Source: Octopus vulgaris
Taxonomy: Eukaryota
Assembly (NCBI GenBank): GCA_951406725.2
Contig: OX597817.1
Coordinates: 50,530,001-50,594,000 of the forward strand
Length of the DNA stretch: 64,000 nucleotides
Reading direction: 5' to 3'
Shown: one piece after another, positions 14,605 to 27,955 of the stretch
How positions within the stretch are numbered: position 1 is the first letter of the stretch
How the letters are laid out: the number at the start of each line of letters is the position of its first letter
Program-made: the position numbers and the translations under genes
The notes under the pieces: generated by a model
The model's database searches: none
Seen by the model: the letters and a program-made list of their open reading frames with translations, nothing else
What the model was told of the DNA's origin: nothing

Positions 14605-14648
<44 letters not shown>

Positions 14649-14977
14649 CTTGTCGTCGTCGTCATCATCATCATTAACTGCTTATTATTTGCCAAAAGCG
14701 TTAATAGAATAGAATGCCATTTCTGTATGCCAGTAGTTTGTTAGCAATATGAATAGGAAGAATAATCGCGGCCTGAAGACGAAATGCAGTTATGAAGAAC
14801 AACTTGCTAAAAGGCATTCGAATTTACGAGGCTCAAAGATTAATATATATATATGGGCACTGGTGTGGCTGTGTGGTAAGTAGCTTGCTTACCAAACACA
14901 TGGTACCGGGCTCAGTCCCACTACGTGGCACCTTGGGCAAGTGTCTTGGATCTATTCCATCTCAATCACAGATTTTT

Positions 14978-15073
14978 GCTTACGGCCATTTCACATTGAA
15001 AGCACCGGTTCTCGTCAGATCACAGAAGTTAAGCAAAGTCGGGCCTAGTTAGTACTTAGATGGGTGAGCGCTT
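14978..15073 (+). pseudogene. 5S rRNA pseudogene, 3'-truncated (or head of a 5S-derived SINE)
   Basis: gcttacggccatttcacattgaaagcaccggttctcgtcagatcacagaagttaagcaaagtcgggcctagttagtacttagatgggtgagcgctt matches metazoan 5S positions 1 to about 96. Confidence 0.9.
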
Positions 15074-15076
15074 ATT

Positions 15077-15494
15077 TAGGCGCAGGAGTGGCTGTGTGGT
15101 AAGTAGCTTGCTTACCAACCACATGATTCCTGGTTCAGTCTCACTGCATAGCACCTTGAGCAAGCGTTTCTACTATCGTCTCAGGCCGACCAAAGCCTTG
15201 TGAGTGGATTTGGTAGGCGGAAACTGAAAGAAACCCATCGTATATATGTATACACCCCCCCCATATATATATATGTGTGTATGTTTGTGTGTCTGTGTTT
15301 TTCCCCCCAGCATCGCTTGACAACCGATGCTGGTGTGTTTATGTCCCCTTAGCAGTTCGGCAAAAGAGACTGATAGAATAAGTACTAGGATTACAAAGAA
15401 TAAGTCATGGGGTCGGTTTGCTCGACTAAAGGCGGCGCTCCAGCATGGCCACTGTGACATGACTTAAACAAATAAAAGAGTAAAAGAGTAAGAG
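15077..15494 (+). mobile_element. Full-length SINE family A
   Basis: taggcgcaggagtggctgtgtggtaagtagc...ggcggcgctccagcatggcc...(taaaagag)n tail. Confidence 0.9.
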
Positions 15495-15918
15495 GTTATA
15501 AAAGATGATGTCTAAAATCCACATAAAGCTAACACTTGTAAATCTTCGCGATAACTTTAGAATATAAAAGGGACGATTTCCGTACAAGACAAGACACACA
15601 CACACGCATGCTGATCCACACACATATATATGCGTATAAATATGAGTCTGTGTGTTTTAGAGAATGTAGACGCAAGATTATGGCTTCACCTGATTAATGA
15701 AAAGCTTCAAAAACGTCAAGATTCGTCCATTTCGTTTAAGCATTAAACTAATACAACGATTGTTAAAACTTGGCCCTCTAGAGTGGTCTTCTATAATCCT
15801 GTGTTCATCGATTTATCAATACACAGACACACATACATACAAACATACATACATACATGTATATATATATATATACACACACACAAACACATGGATCATA
15901 TGGCGCGATAAATGCCTT

Positions 15919-16342
<424 letters not shown>

Positions 16343-16820
16343 CTTGTAAAGGCATTTATCGCACCATATGATCCATCGACGTTACATTTTTGTCGTTCTG
16401 TCGGATTATATGATTTAAAGATGAAACGACTTTGATTTCTATAAAATATTTCTTCTCAAACGTCAATATTTCATGCAAAAGAATCTTTCGGAATGTTTTC
16501 CCCGTGACAAACATAACTTCTTAAAGATCTTATTTTCCCTGCAGATTATCTCTAAGATCATATAATGCTTTTCAATTTTCTGAACTGAACGTCCAGAATG
16601 AGGTCTCATGCTGTAACTTCGTATGTGAATTTTCGTAATATATACATCACTGGAAATCTTTTATAATAAAATGTTCGTAGGTGCTGTGATCTCTTCACAA
16701 TGGGCAATGAACGTCGGTGCAATGCATATATATGTGTGTGTGCGAGAGAGTGAGAGTGAGAGTGTGTGTGTGTGTTTGTATAAATATGTAAATATATATA
16801 TATGTATACATATATATTTG

Positions 16821-16864
<44 letters not shown>

Positions 16865-16943
16865 CAAATATATATGTATACATATATATCTATATTTGCA
16901 TATTTATACAAACACACACACACTCTATATATATATATATACT

Positions 16944-17242
16944 TGAAAGTGCATGGCTCAGTAGTTAGAGCGTTGAGCTTACGATCGCGAGGTTGTGAGT
17001 TCGAATCCCGGACCGTGCTGCGTGTTGTGTTCTTGAGCAAGACACTTTATTTTACTTTGCTCCAGTTCAAGGATTTGCTGTATCGGCCTTTGCCTTTCCC
17101 TTAGATAACACAGCTGGAGAGGGGAGACCGGTATGCATGGGCAACTGCTGGTCTTCCATAAACAACCTTGCCCGGACTTGTTCCTGGGAGGGTAACATTC
17201 TAGCTGCAATCCCATGGTCAGTCATGACCGAAGGGGGTCTCA

Positions 17243-17243
<1 letters not shown>
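16944..17243 (+). mobile_element. SINE family B variant with an alternative tail
   Basis: tggctcagtagttagagcg...gagttcgaatccc...tgtgttcttgagcaagacacttt (V-domain-like); tail differs from the 8075 copy. Confidence 0.75.
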
Positions 17244-17306
<63 letters not shown>

Positions 17307-18854
17307 TTGTACAGGTATATATACATTTGCGTATGTATGTGTGTATATGTGTTTCCTACTCTCATACCTCATTCTCATTTATCAGCATATCCACTATATG
17401 CCCGTGACAGACTTGCACTAATATATACACTTCTATTTTGAAAAGAAACACGCCAACAGTCGTATGCTGAACTCTTAAAAATGAATTTCGATGAATTTCG
17501 CAACACGAAATGGTTCTATAAATGTACCAGAATGCATGTGTAAATATATACATTTGTATATATATACATATATACTTACATACAGGCATACATACATATA
17601 TACACAATATGTGTGTGCGTGTGTGTGTATATGTGTGGGTGTGATATCACAATCTTTGACAGCAATAGAAATGATTTCTCAATTTATCTCTTTCATTTTT
17701 CGCCTTTTCTATGGTAAACTTTCCCTTCTCTATATATATATTTATCAGGCTCTCTCTCTTTCTTTCTCTCTCTCAATCTTCTTCTCTCTCTCTCTCTCCC
17801 TTACTCTCTATAAATATACATAACTCACGCTGAGCTTGCGTGTGTTTGTCAGTGTGTGTGCACGTATGTGTGTAAAGAATTTTATGAAGGCGTCACATTG
17901 CTTTGAAAAAGTTACGTGAAAGACAATTTATTTTAATAGCATACGTTTCTATAAGTAAATACGTTTTTCCTACACCCCTCCACACGCATACACGCGGATA
18001 CACAAACATAAACTCGGCAGGTGAGTGGCGAGGGATTAAAATCTTAAATTACAAATTGTTTTTATTATAGTTTAAATCCCAGCAATGTACCGCCGAGTCA
18101 GCATTCGAGAAAATGAATTTATGGTTTGAAAAATATTTAAGATCGTCAATACATGTGATAGAGAGAGGAGGAATGTGCTAGGAGGTCGTGCGATATGCTA
18201 GAAACGTCAGTTAATTCTACCTTAAATCACACGCACTTTCGCCGGAAAATTATTTTGAAATTATGAACAGAAGCAAATTGCAATTTCGGACCGTCCGTAT
18301 TTTTACGATTTTAAAACATTTTGTAAACAAGCCGGAATTTTAGAGTAGGGGGTTAATGTAAGCTTTTTTAGTAATTCATTTTTTTTTTATGTTACGTTTG
18401 ATATTATTTTTGAAAAAGAATAAAGTGATCATTGTAATCGTGGTTGCCGATTTCTAATTTCTTATTAAAACTTCAGGGCTTCCCCCATCGTTTTTAACTG
18501 CATAGTGCAAAATGAAATCAGTACTAAGTAGAAGAAGCGGGTCAGCATATGATGCAAACTTTGTATATATGTACATTTACATATATATATATAGACATAT
18601 ATATATATATATATATTACTCAAAGGAATTCCTATTCTGTCTTTTTTAATGTTTTATCTATATTCTTATAATATTAATATAGGATATAGAATATAGAATA
18701 TATAGTAAGAAAGAAATGAAATGAAGTATTGATTGTCCTATTGAACAAATTAAATATTGAAAATTAAATATCAAATACCTATTCTCATTGAACTGGTATA
18801 CTTTCTTGCATTTAAGCAGTTATCAGGTTCAGATTGTGACAGGAACGCTTCGAC

Positions 18855-18896
<42 letters not shown>

Positions 18897-18913
18897 AACA
18901 TATACATATATAC

Positions 18914-18976
<63 letters not shown>

Positions 18977-19032
18977 CACACATATATATATATATTTTTT
19001 TTTTATATATTTTTTTATTATTTTATAGAAGG

Positions 19033-19083
19033 AGCTTCTACAGGACTAGAACTGTTTCATTCAGATGAAATCTTCAGGAAGCT
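19033..19083 (-). ncRNA. Type I hammerhead ribozyme (PLE-associated)
   Basis: Minus strand: agcttc-CTGAAGA-tttcatctgaat-GAAAC-agttctagtcct-GTA-gaagct; stem I agcttc/gaagct. Confidence 0.75.
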
Positions 19084-19215
19084 TCCTGAAGATTTCATCT
19101 GAATGAAACAATTCTAGTCCTTTACTCTGCTATGTATTTACTTTATAAATTACTTTACTCTGCTATGTATTGAGTACCTTATTTACTGTGGTTAACCCCG
19201 ACTCAACCCGGGACC

Positions 19216-19376
<161 letters not shown>

Positions 19377-19379
19377 GTA

Positions 19380-19551
19380 GATGTGACCGCATGTGTACCG
19401 TTGGCGATTTCTTTCCTCCGTCTTCCCTTCTCTGGATCTTTCCTTTTCCTTTGTTTCTGACGAAGAGCTCCGCTCGAAACGTCCAGTAATCATATATTTG
19501 TTTCACGTCCTCGCGTTGTTGTGTTTTCTCTTTGTGTTTTCATGTTAGGAT

Positions 19552-19556
<5 letters not shown>
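19380..19556 (+). mobile_element. Short non-coding PLE-type terminal module with minimal hammerhead core
   Basis: CTGACGA-A-GAGC-tcc-GCTC-GAAAC-GTC at 19457-19483 (stem I decayed); same family as 32350-32488; embedded in GATA/TA tracts. Confidence 0.65.
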
Positions 19557-19607
<51 letters not shown>

Positions 19608-19806
19608 CGTGATCACCGTGACCGACCAGGCTATCAGATGTTGCTACACATCGCTGGTCACAATGCGCTTCGCATTGTTTTAGCCTTCAAATGACGCCAT
19701 CCCGCTGGCTAAGCAAGCAGGCCAATATATATATATATAGGTGGTACTATTAAGTTAGACATGGCCTGAACCAATCATTGATCGAAACATATCTAAGTTT
19801 ATCTAC

Positions 19807-19879
<73 letters not shown>

Positions 19880-21772
19880 ATTTACTAAAAACAAACAACG
19901 AAGACGGGTGTGTAAACAACAAACTGGTGTATTAGTTTAACGACAGGCTTCTACACAGTTTACGTCTACAAACTTCCTCAAAAGTCATTAGTTAACATAG
20001 GTGTGTAGTAGACACTTTCCCAAAGTATAACTGGACAGGACTCGAAATCACGTGGCTGCAAAACGGACTCAGCTTATTTCAAAATCTCTTTATAGCTTTT
20101 TGTAATTTCACAGAACAAGTCAAACATTATTTCTATTTTCCCTTTATATATAATGTATAAAATATCCTCGTTTGATTATTTTGATCTTTCGGTGATAAAA
20201 AAAAATGATTACTTTGAATTAATATTTTTAATATAAAAATTTTACAAATCTTTGTACTGGCTTAAAAACATACAGATGTTTTTTTAAAATTTATCCACGC
20301 ATATACATTCACAAACTCATACTGTTGTAGGAAGTAAAACAGATTTTCTCTTAAATTCCAACTGATACATTAAAATTCTGTACAATACAACATTGTTAAA
20401 GCTTCTTCATTTAATGAGAGAACAGCTTCTACGCCAAGGTGTCTTTTCAGTTTTGACTGAATACTGATTTATACTCAAATATTATTTTTAATCTTTATAT
20501 TTTAGTTTCCTTTCTTTAGCAGTTCGGCAACCTTTTCTTCCACTTACTTGTCCGCTGACCTTTCTTCAGAAACTTTCTACATAAATACATAAACTGTATT
20601 TTGACATTTTACAATTTAGATATTTCACTACTTTGAATAAAATAAAATTCTTTTCATTGTCAGTTTTAAAAGAAATTTCAAATCTCATCATGTGCAATTG
20701 GCATTCTCTTATTCAACAAGCTGATATGCAAAACTTGAAATGGCATTCAATCTGAAGTTTACAGCAAATTTGAGTCACTACCATAATTTTTTTGAAACAC
20801 TCTTGAATTTAGTAATGCGCATGCGCGCGTACGCACGCGCGCGCATTCATAGTATTATTATGATGTATGTGTGCTTACATTGTCTGTACTGTAGACACAA
20901 GTCTTGAAGTTTGGTGAGGGGAGCAGTGTAGTCGATTACATCGACTCCCAGTGTTCAACTGGTACTTATTTACAGATCCCGAATGGATGGAAGGCACTCT
21001 CGACCAGGGTAGAAAAGTAACTCTGAGCGTAAAGCCGGAAGAAATGCCGCTAAGCATCACGTTCGGTGTACTATCGAGTCTGTCAACTCATTGATTTTGA
21101 AAATGAAAGAAAATGTTGACCTCGGCATGAGTTGAGCCTAAAGCGCAGAGAAACAGTGTAAAGAACGCGAGGCATTCTATCAGATGTTCTAACAACCGAG
21201 ACAGTTCACCTACTCCCCGGACCTGTTACATATCCAGCGATACAGACCATTACATAGGTGACAAAAATGGTGAATTAACTTAATTTGCCACGGCCAAAAA
21301 ATTATCGACAGGCATACGCGTACTCATCACTCCAAACTTTAAGATTTGAAACGGCACGTGCGAGATTAGCGCAACTCCACTACAATACCATCATCGGCAG
21401 TATAGAAAAAATAATACAGAAGATTTGCTCAATTCAATAGAGGAGAAGTGTGTACATCTATATCTCAGCTTCTGCAACTGAACGCTTTGCAATTCGTGAC
21501 CGGTTACGTTTACTGCCATTAGTGATGTTGAAAGCAGGATTATAAGGTACGCTATGAATCGGATTTTATTTTACAACTAAACCTTTTGGATTAATGAGAA
21601 TAGCGTGGATGTTGCGACAGAGCAGCGTTTCAAGACTTAGTAAACCTTTTTTTCTCAAACTCCTTCAGTAAATGAATTTGCCCGGTATTTCTGGGTTGTA
21701 AAGACGACGGTTTCGCAGTTCTGAATGGTTTAACTCACATGGCAATCGTACGATAATACCAAAATAGCAACA

Positions 21773-21773
<1 letters not shown>

Positions 21774-21831
<58 letters not shown>

Positions 21832-21882
21832 CATATTTAGATAGATAGATACATATTTAGATAGATAGATAGATAGATAGAC

Positions 21883-21944
<62 letters not shown>

Positions 21945-22021
21945 GTAGGTAGGTAGGTAGGTAGGTAGGTAGGTAGGTAGGTAGGTGGATGGATGGATAG
22001 ATGGATGGATGGATGGATGGA
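21774..22021. repeat. Compound (GATA)n(GGTA)n(GGAT)n microsatellite
   Basis: Direct reading. Confidence 0.97.
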
Positions 22022-22774
22022 TTCAAGGCATGTAATTTGAAAATAAACATTGGCATCAGTAGTTTTATAGTTGCTTGTAATAACTATTATTCCAAACGTT
22101 TGGGAAAACTCTTCATATAAGCAAATAGCTTTTCAAAGGCAGTATTTAAAATATATTTAAATGCATCAGATTTTACGTAACCTAATGGAGTCTAAGTCGT
22201 AAATAAAAATCTAAAACACAACCATGTTTTTAACAATTCCCGACTTGAAACGAATATATTTACTTCACGCTTATCAGTGCATATAAGAGGAATTCTTCAT
22301 GTATGTGTGTAAGAATGTCTTTGGTATGTGTGTCTTGTATGGTGTTGTTTATATCTTAGAATAAAGCACAACATAGCATGCTAGTGACACCATTGTTGTC
22401 GAAGCTAAAACGGTTAAATGAATTTAAGTCTGTGCTATACTTTAACCTCACATTTTATAAGTTGAAAATGTATATTTTCCGTGTGTTTTTGTATGATTTG
22501 GTTTATGTCTTAGAGTAAGCCACACGAATTAAAACCACACCAACATTTTAGTGATATCATTCTTCTTGAAACTGAAAAAATTATATCAATTTAAATTAAT
22601 ACTGTACTGTAATCATGCAGCGTTTAATTGATATAGATCACTTAGGCGAAGTTAGCTTTCCTAAAACAGTAGAATGCCGAACCAAATACATTGCAGTACT
22701 TCGTTTCCACCATTGTTTCGGAGTTCAAATCTTAATGAGTTCAAGTTTGGCTTTTAATTCTTTGTAGTGGAAGC

Positions 22775-22972
22775 ACGAGGCTTGAAACTAATAGGGAGAG
22801 GGTGTAGTCGATTTCATCAACCCCAGTATTTAACCGGTATTTATTTTATCAACTCAGATTGGATGAACGGAAAAGTCAAATACGACGGTATTTGAACTCG
22901 GAACGAAAAGCTGGAAGAAATGGCCCTAAACATTTTGTCCGACGCGCAAACGTTTCTGCCAGTTCGCTGCCT
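22775..22972 (-). mobile_element. SINE family C (Meta-domain-like), degenerate
   Basis: Reverse complement resembles ggcagcgaactggcagaaacgttt...gagttcaaat...gacttttccgttcatcc; a similar copy lies at 20885-21200. Confidence 0.65.
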
Positions 22973-23853
22973 ACTAATGGTGGATAAACATTAACCATTT
23001 ATTGAGGATTTTTTTTCTTTAACAAATTCAAATCCTTGTATAATTATCACAAATTAATAATCTGGCTGTTGATCATCATCAGTGAATAATGCCTTTGGAA
23101 TGTGATGTAATACAGCTGGTTCCTTGAAAATAATGGAAGCTGTACGAGGCACCTTGTCTTATGATATGCAGTCGGACCTTCATGAAACCGTATCCACTCT
23201 ATCTAGAAAGGAAGAGCGAAAACAAAAGAAGTTCACTCCTGGAGGACACAAAACGCTATTCGACCCAGAAATCATGATACAAGTACTATCACAGCTACAC
23301 ACATTCCCACAATGGTAGAAATAGTGCCTCAATAAAGAGATTAAAATGGTCAGGCTTGGAAAGCCTTCGATCATGTTTCTTTAATCCGTGTCCTAAACAT
23401 CGGTAGCAAATCAATAGGAAAACGAAACAGTACAAACAATGCCTTATGCCAACGTATTGACTGTCTCATTTGAAATGATGTCTTTACCATTACATTGTAA
23501 TAATAGACCTGACTGGCCAATGGAACGCCATGATATAACGAAATTATATAGTGATCCAAGAAGATACGAAATGCAGTATATTGCAATGAAGCCAATCATT
23601 ATTCTTTATATCCTTATCTGTGTGAATCTCTTGACATAAATACTGGTTTCCAATTAATTAGCCATATAAACTTCACTCTGTCTCCTTAATAATACTGGCT
23701 TTTGTTAAACCTCCAGACATTCTATAACCTTTTCTACCGTTTTTTTTTGCATTCATTATTTATCTCTGCATTTATTTCGATATTTATATTTTTTTATCTT
23801 CTTGTTCCTATATCTTTTACGTTGTTTCCTTTTCTCTTCCCGTTACATTCCCT

Positions 23854-23901
<48 letters not shown>

Positions 23902-23967
23902 TTTTTTATTGACTTATTTCTTCCTTGATTTCTTTCTTGCTTCCTTCGAAATATATAATCTGCTTTC

Positions 23968-24122
23968 ATTCTTCTTCTTCTTCTTCTTCTGCTTCTTCTT
24001 CTTCTTCTTCTTCTTCTTCTTCTTCTTCTTCTTCTTCTTCTTCTTCTTCTTCTTCTTCTGCTCCTTCATTTCTCCTTCTTCTGCTTCTTCTTCTTCTTCT
24101 TCTTCTTCTTCTTCTTCTTCTT

Positions 24123-24153
<31 letters not shown>

Positions 24154-24251
24154 TTCTTCTTCTTCTTCTTCTTCTTCTTCTTCTTCTTCTTCTTCTTCTT
24201 CTTCTTCTTCTTCTTCTTCTTCTTCTTCTTCTTTTTCTTCTTCTTCTTCTT
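23968..24251. repeat. (TTC)n/(GAA)n trinucleotide tract, about 280 bp
   Basis: Direct reading. Confidence 0.97.
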
Positions 24252-24541
24252 TTATGTTTCCCATACTATTTCATCGCGTTTTATGTAATTGTTTGTTTTT
24301 TACCAAACACACAGCACAACTTCTCGGAGTTGAAATATAGCTTAATTCAACAAGACAGAAAATAATAAAATCTACAATTGCTGAGTACGTAGCAATCTCA
24401 ATAAACAATATTGTCGATGGCATCACATCATCATCAAAATTTTCATCGTCATCGTTATTATCAAACACAAAAAATATACGCTGACAAACAAAACCAAAAC
24501 GGCATGGAAAACAGAAGTAAATAAATAAATGAATAAATAAA

Positions 24542-24708
24542 TAGGCGTAGGAGTGGCTGTGTGGTAAGTAGCTTGCTTACCAACCACATGGCAACGGGTT
24601 CACTCTCACTGCGTGGCACCTTGGGCAAGTCTCTTCTACTATAGCCTCGGGCCAACCAAGGCCTTGTGAGTGGATTTGGTAGACGGAAACTGAAACAAGC
24701 CCGTCGTA

Positions 24709-24791
<83 letters not shown>

Positions 24792-25012
24792 GCATGTGTG
24801 TGTATATGTTTATGTGTCTGTGTTTGTCACCCCAACATCGCTTGACAACCGATGCTGATGTGTTTACTTCTCCGTAACGTAGTTGTTCGGCAAAAGAGAC
24901 CGACAGAATAAGTACTAGGCTTACAAAGAATAAGTCCTGGGGTCGATTTGCTCGACTAAAGGCGGTGCTCCAGCATGGCCACAGTGAAATGACTGAAACA
25001 AGTAAAAGAGTA
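24542..25012 (+). mobile_element. Full-length SINE family A with expanded internal (TA)n
   Basis: Head, CORE-like ggcaccttgggcaagt, internal TA tract, tail ggcggtgctccagcatggccacagtgaaatgactgaaac. Confidence 0.9.
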
Positions 25013-25332
25013 AATAAATAAAATAATACGAATTGTGAACGAGGGTCGTTCGAACCCTCAAAATGACAGCCAAATATTTTCCAATTACGTTGTGTGGTCT
25101 TAGGAAAATGGGGGACATTGGAACAATGCATTTATAGGTATAAGATGAAAGGAAAAGGTTACGACTAGTAGTTCCAGCATAATCAACTCTACAACAACAA
25201 CAACAGCAACAACAACAACTGGCGGTGATGACGACAGCAGCAGTAAGAATAACAGCAAAAACAGCAACAACGAGAATAACTTCAACAAGAGCAACAAAAA
25301 GATTAACAATAATAGCAACAGCAGCAACAGTG

Positions 25333-25500
25333 GAGAGGCAATGGCCCAGTGGTTAGGGCAGCGGGCTCGCGGTCGTAAGAACACGGTTTCGATTCCCAGA
25401 CCGGGCATTGTGAGTGTTTATTCAGCAAAAACACTTAAGCTCCACGAGGTTCCGGCGGGGGTGGGGTTGAATGGGGTTGAACCCCTCTGTACTCTTTCAA
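25333..25500 (+). mobile_element. SINE family B, 5' half
   Basis: Closely similar to 8075-8230. Confidence 0.8.
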
Positions 25501-25714
25501 GAATCGCAGCAGAAAGCATTAACTGCAGGGACGCTTTTGATGACAACAATCTTCTATATAAAATATGCAACATTTACGTGAACGAGGAAAACTACAACAA
25601 TAAAAAAACGATTAAAACGATGAAGACAATGATAAAAGGAGAAGCAATCCATCGGTTACGAATTCGAGAATTCCAGTTGATCCTATCTCTGGAACAGCCA
25701 ACGCCTGAAAATAA

Positions 25715-25962
25715 TATGCAAATGCCTGAGCACTCTTCAGACACCCATGCCTTCATGCAGTTCTCAAGGAGATTCAGCGTGACACAGTGTATGACAAAGC
25801 TGGCCCTTTGAAATACAGGTGCGATTCAGTCTTGCTAGTTGTGTGGGTTGGAACAACCTGAAATAAAGTGCCCTTTTCAGGGACACAACGCGCCGGCAGG
25901 AATGAACCCACGACCATACAATCGTAGGTCGAATACCTGAACCACTAAGCCATACGTCTTCA
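25715..25962 (-). mobile_element. SINE family B, degenerate
   Basis: gagcactcttcagacacc...attcagcgtgacacagtgt...aaccactaagcc. Confidence 0.65.
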
Positions 25963-26406
25963 AAGAAAGATAACTATAACAGATGGGGTAGCACTAGACA
26001 AACACTAATAAGAACAATAATTTCTGTGTAACTAACCGAACGACAATAACAATATTTATAACCAATGACTCAAGCGGCGACTAATGACCAACATATTAAC
26101 AAGAGAGATTAGATAGTAATCAAGTCAGACAATCAGCAAATTAAAAATGAAATGGAAATTGAAATAGAAATAAGAAGATAATTTCGAGTAATTAATCTTT
26201 ATCAACAAATAATGATTAAATATATCTCACATATTAATCTTAATTATATGCTATCTCTGCCCAATGATGTCTACAATATTCTCCAACTTTAAATTAATAG
26301 TTTGAAAACCTTCTTTCCAATAATTTGTTCTATTTAGCTATAAGTAGTTTACTGCAGTTTTGCATTGACCATACTATAAAATCCACAAGGAAATGTGCCG
26401 TTCCAT

Positions 26407-26861
26407 ACCTATTTCTTTACTACCCTCAAGGGGCTAAACACAGAGGTTTATTTTATTCTTTTTTTTTCTACTCTAGGCACAAGACCTGAAATTTTGGGTG
26501 GAGGGGTCCAGTCGATTAGATCGACCTCAGTAGGCACCTGGTACATAATTTGTCGACCCCGAAAGGATGAAAGGCAAAGTCGACCTCAGCGGAATTTGAA
26601 CTCAGAACGTAGCGGCAGACGAAATACCTATTTCTTTACAACTCACAAAGGGGTTAAACACAGAGTGGACAAACAGGGACAGACAAACGGATTAAGTCGA
26701 TTACATCGACCCCAGTCCGTAACTGGTACTTATTTAATCGACCCCGAAAGGATGAAAGGCAAAGTCGACCTCGGCGGAATTTGAACTCAGAACGTAGCGG
26801 CAGACGAAATACGACTAAGCATTTCGCCCAGTGTACTAACGATTCTGTCAGCTTGCCGCCT
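26407..26861 (-). mobile_element. Composite/multimeric SINE family C with TSD
   Basis: 15-bp TSD tgtgccgttccatac at 26394-26408 and 26862-26876; core gaggtcgactttgcctttcatcctttcggggtcga occurs twice. Confidence 0.85.
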
Positions 26862-27301
26862 TGTGCCGTTCCATACGGCTGCGATCAGACTTCTATGCTG
26901 TTTGTTTATCAAAGGCGAAACCGTGTTTTTCTAGGGTTTTTTTTTATGAATCAGTCTACCCATAAGAAACAACAAGCATTTAACTATACTTTAAAGAAAT
27001 CTGTTGTGTAAGGAAGAAATAATATGGGAAGGTACAACGTAAAATACAGAAGGAAACAGAAAAGGAAACAAGGCTGTAGGTTTACTGTATATTTCTATAT
27101 TTGGGGGCTACGACCTCTTCTTCAGAACATTTGGAAAAACGAAGGGTAGAAAAGTAGTTATATGTTTCTGTTTTTTGTACTGTGTCGTTCTTTATATATA
27201 TATATATATAGGGAGAGTTTACGAAAAAAACAAAAGACGAAAACAGGTGATATATATATCTCCGACGAGACAGGTCGTTTATTTATGATACGTTCAGAAC
27301 C

Positions 27302-27350
27302 AGTCTTGCTGATGAGTACGTAAGTACGAAATCACAGGTGATACAAGACT
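27302..27350 (+). ncRNA. Type I hammerhead ribozyme, canonical core
   Basis: agtcttg-CTGATGA-gtac-gtaa-gtac-GAAA-tcac-ag-gtga-TA-caagact; 7-bp stem I, 4-bp stem II, stem III, AUA cleavage triplet. Confidence 0.85.
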
Positions 27351-27647
27351 TAATTTTTTTAAATGTCTTGCTTTGAAGAATTGCATTTGGTAGGATTAGT
27401 AAAATTTTTGGTAGAAATGACTAATGTCCCTCTTAGCGTGTGGCATGTATGTATAATAATGCCCTCTATATATAAATTAATATGTTCAATAAGAAAGAAT
27501 TATTTTCGAAATTTTTTTTTCTCTTATGAGGTTTTTCACGCTATCTACTTGATAATTTCTTGTTAAAATTCCTTATTAAGAGGTTATCCTTAATTATATA
27601 TATATATATACAACCTGTTTTCGTCTTTCGTTTTTTTCGTAAACTCT

Positions 27648-27689
<42 letters not shown>

Positions 27690-27765
27690 AACGACACAGT
27701 ACAAAAAACAGAAACATCTAGAAGCACGATGAATTAATTCATTTTTGTATTACGTTAAAAACACG

Positions 27766-27842
<77 letters not shown>

Positions 27843-27955
27843 GGGAGAATTCACAAAACACAAAAGACGAAGACAGATGGTGTAGACAACAAACAGATGT
27901 ATTATTATAACGCTCAAGAAGTGAAAAGATCTTTAACGTTTCGAGCCTTCGTTTT
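27843..27955 (-). mobile_element. PLE-type 3' terminal module (gggagaattcacaaaacacaaaagacgaagacag family)
   Basis: The same module follows (TA)n at 19875, 27209 and 43363 and is inverted at 27613-27650; carries the half-hammerhead ggctcGAAACGTtaaag on the minus strand. Confidence 0.6.

Noticed and set aside
23050-23640. Higher-complexity segment with several short ORFs
   Set aside because: No recognisable motif in any frame; it may be an old TE relic but I cannot support a call.
23702-24365. 212-aa and 146-aa poly-F/S/L ORFs
   Set aside because: Artefacts of the (TTC)n tract.
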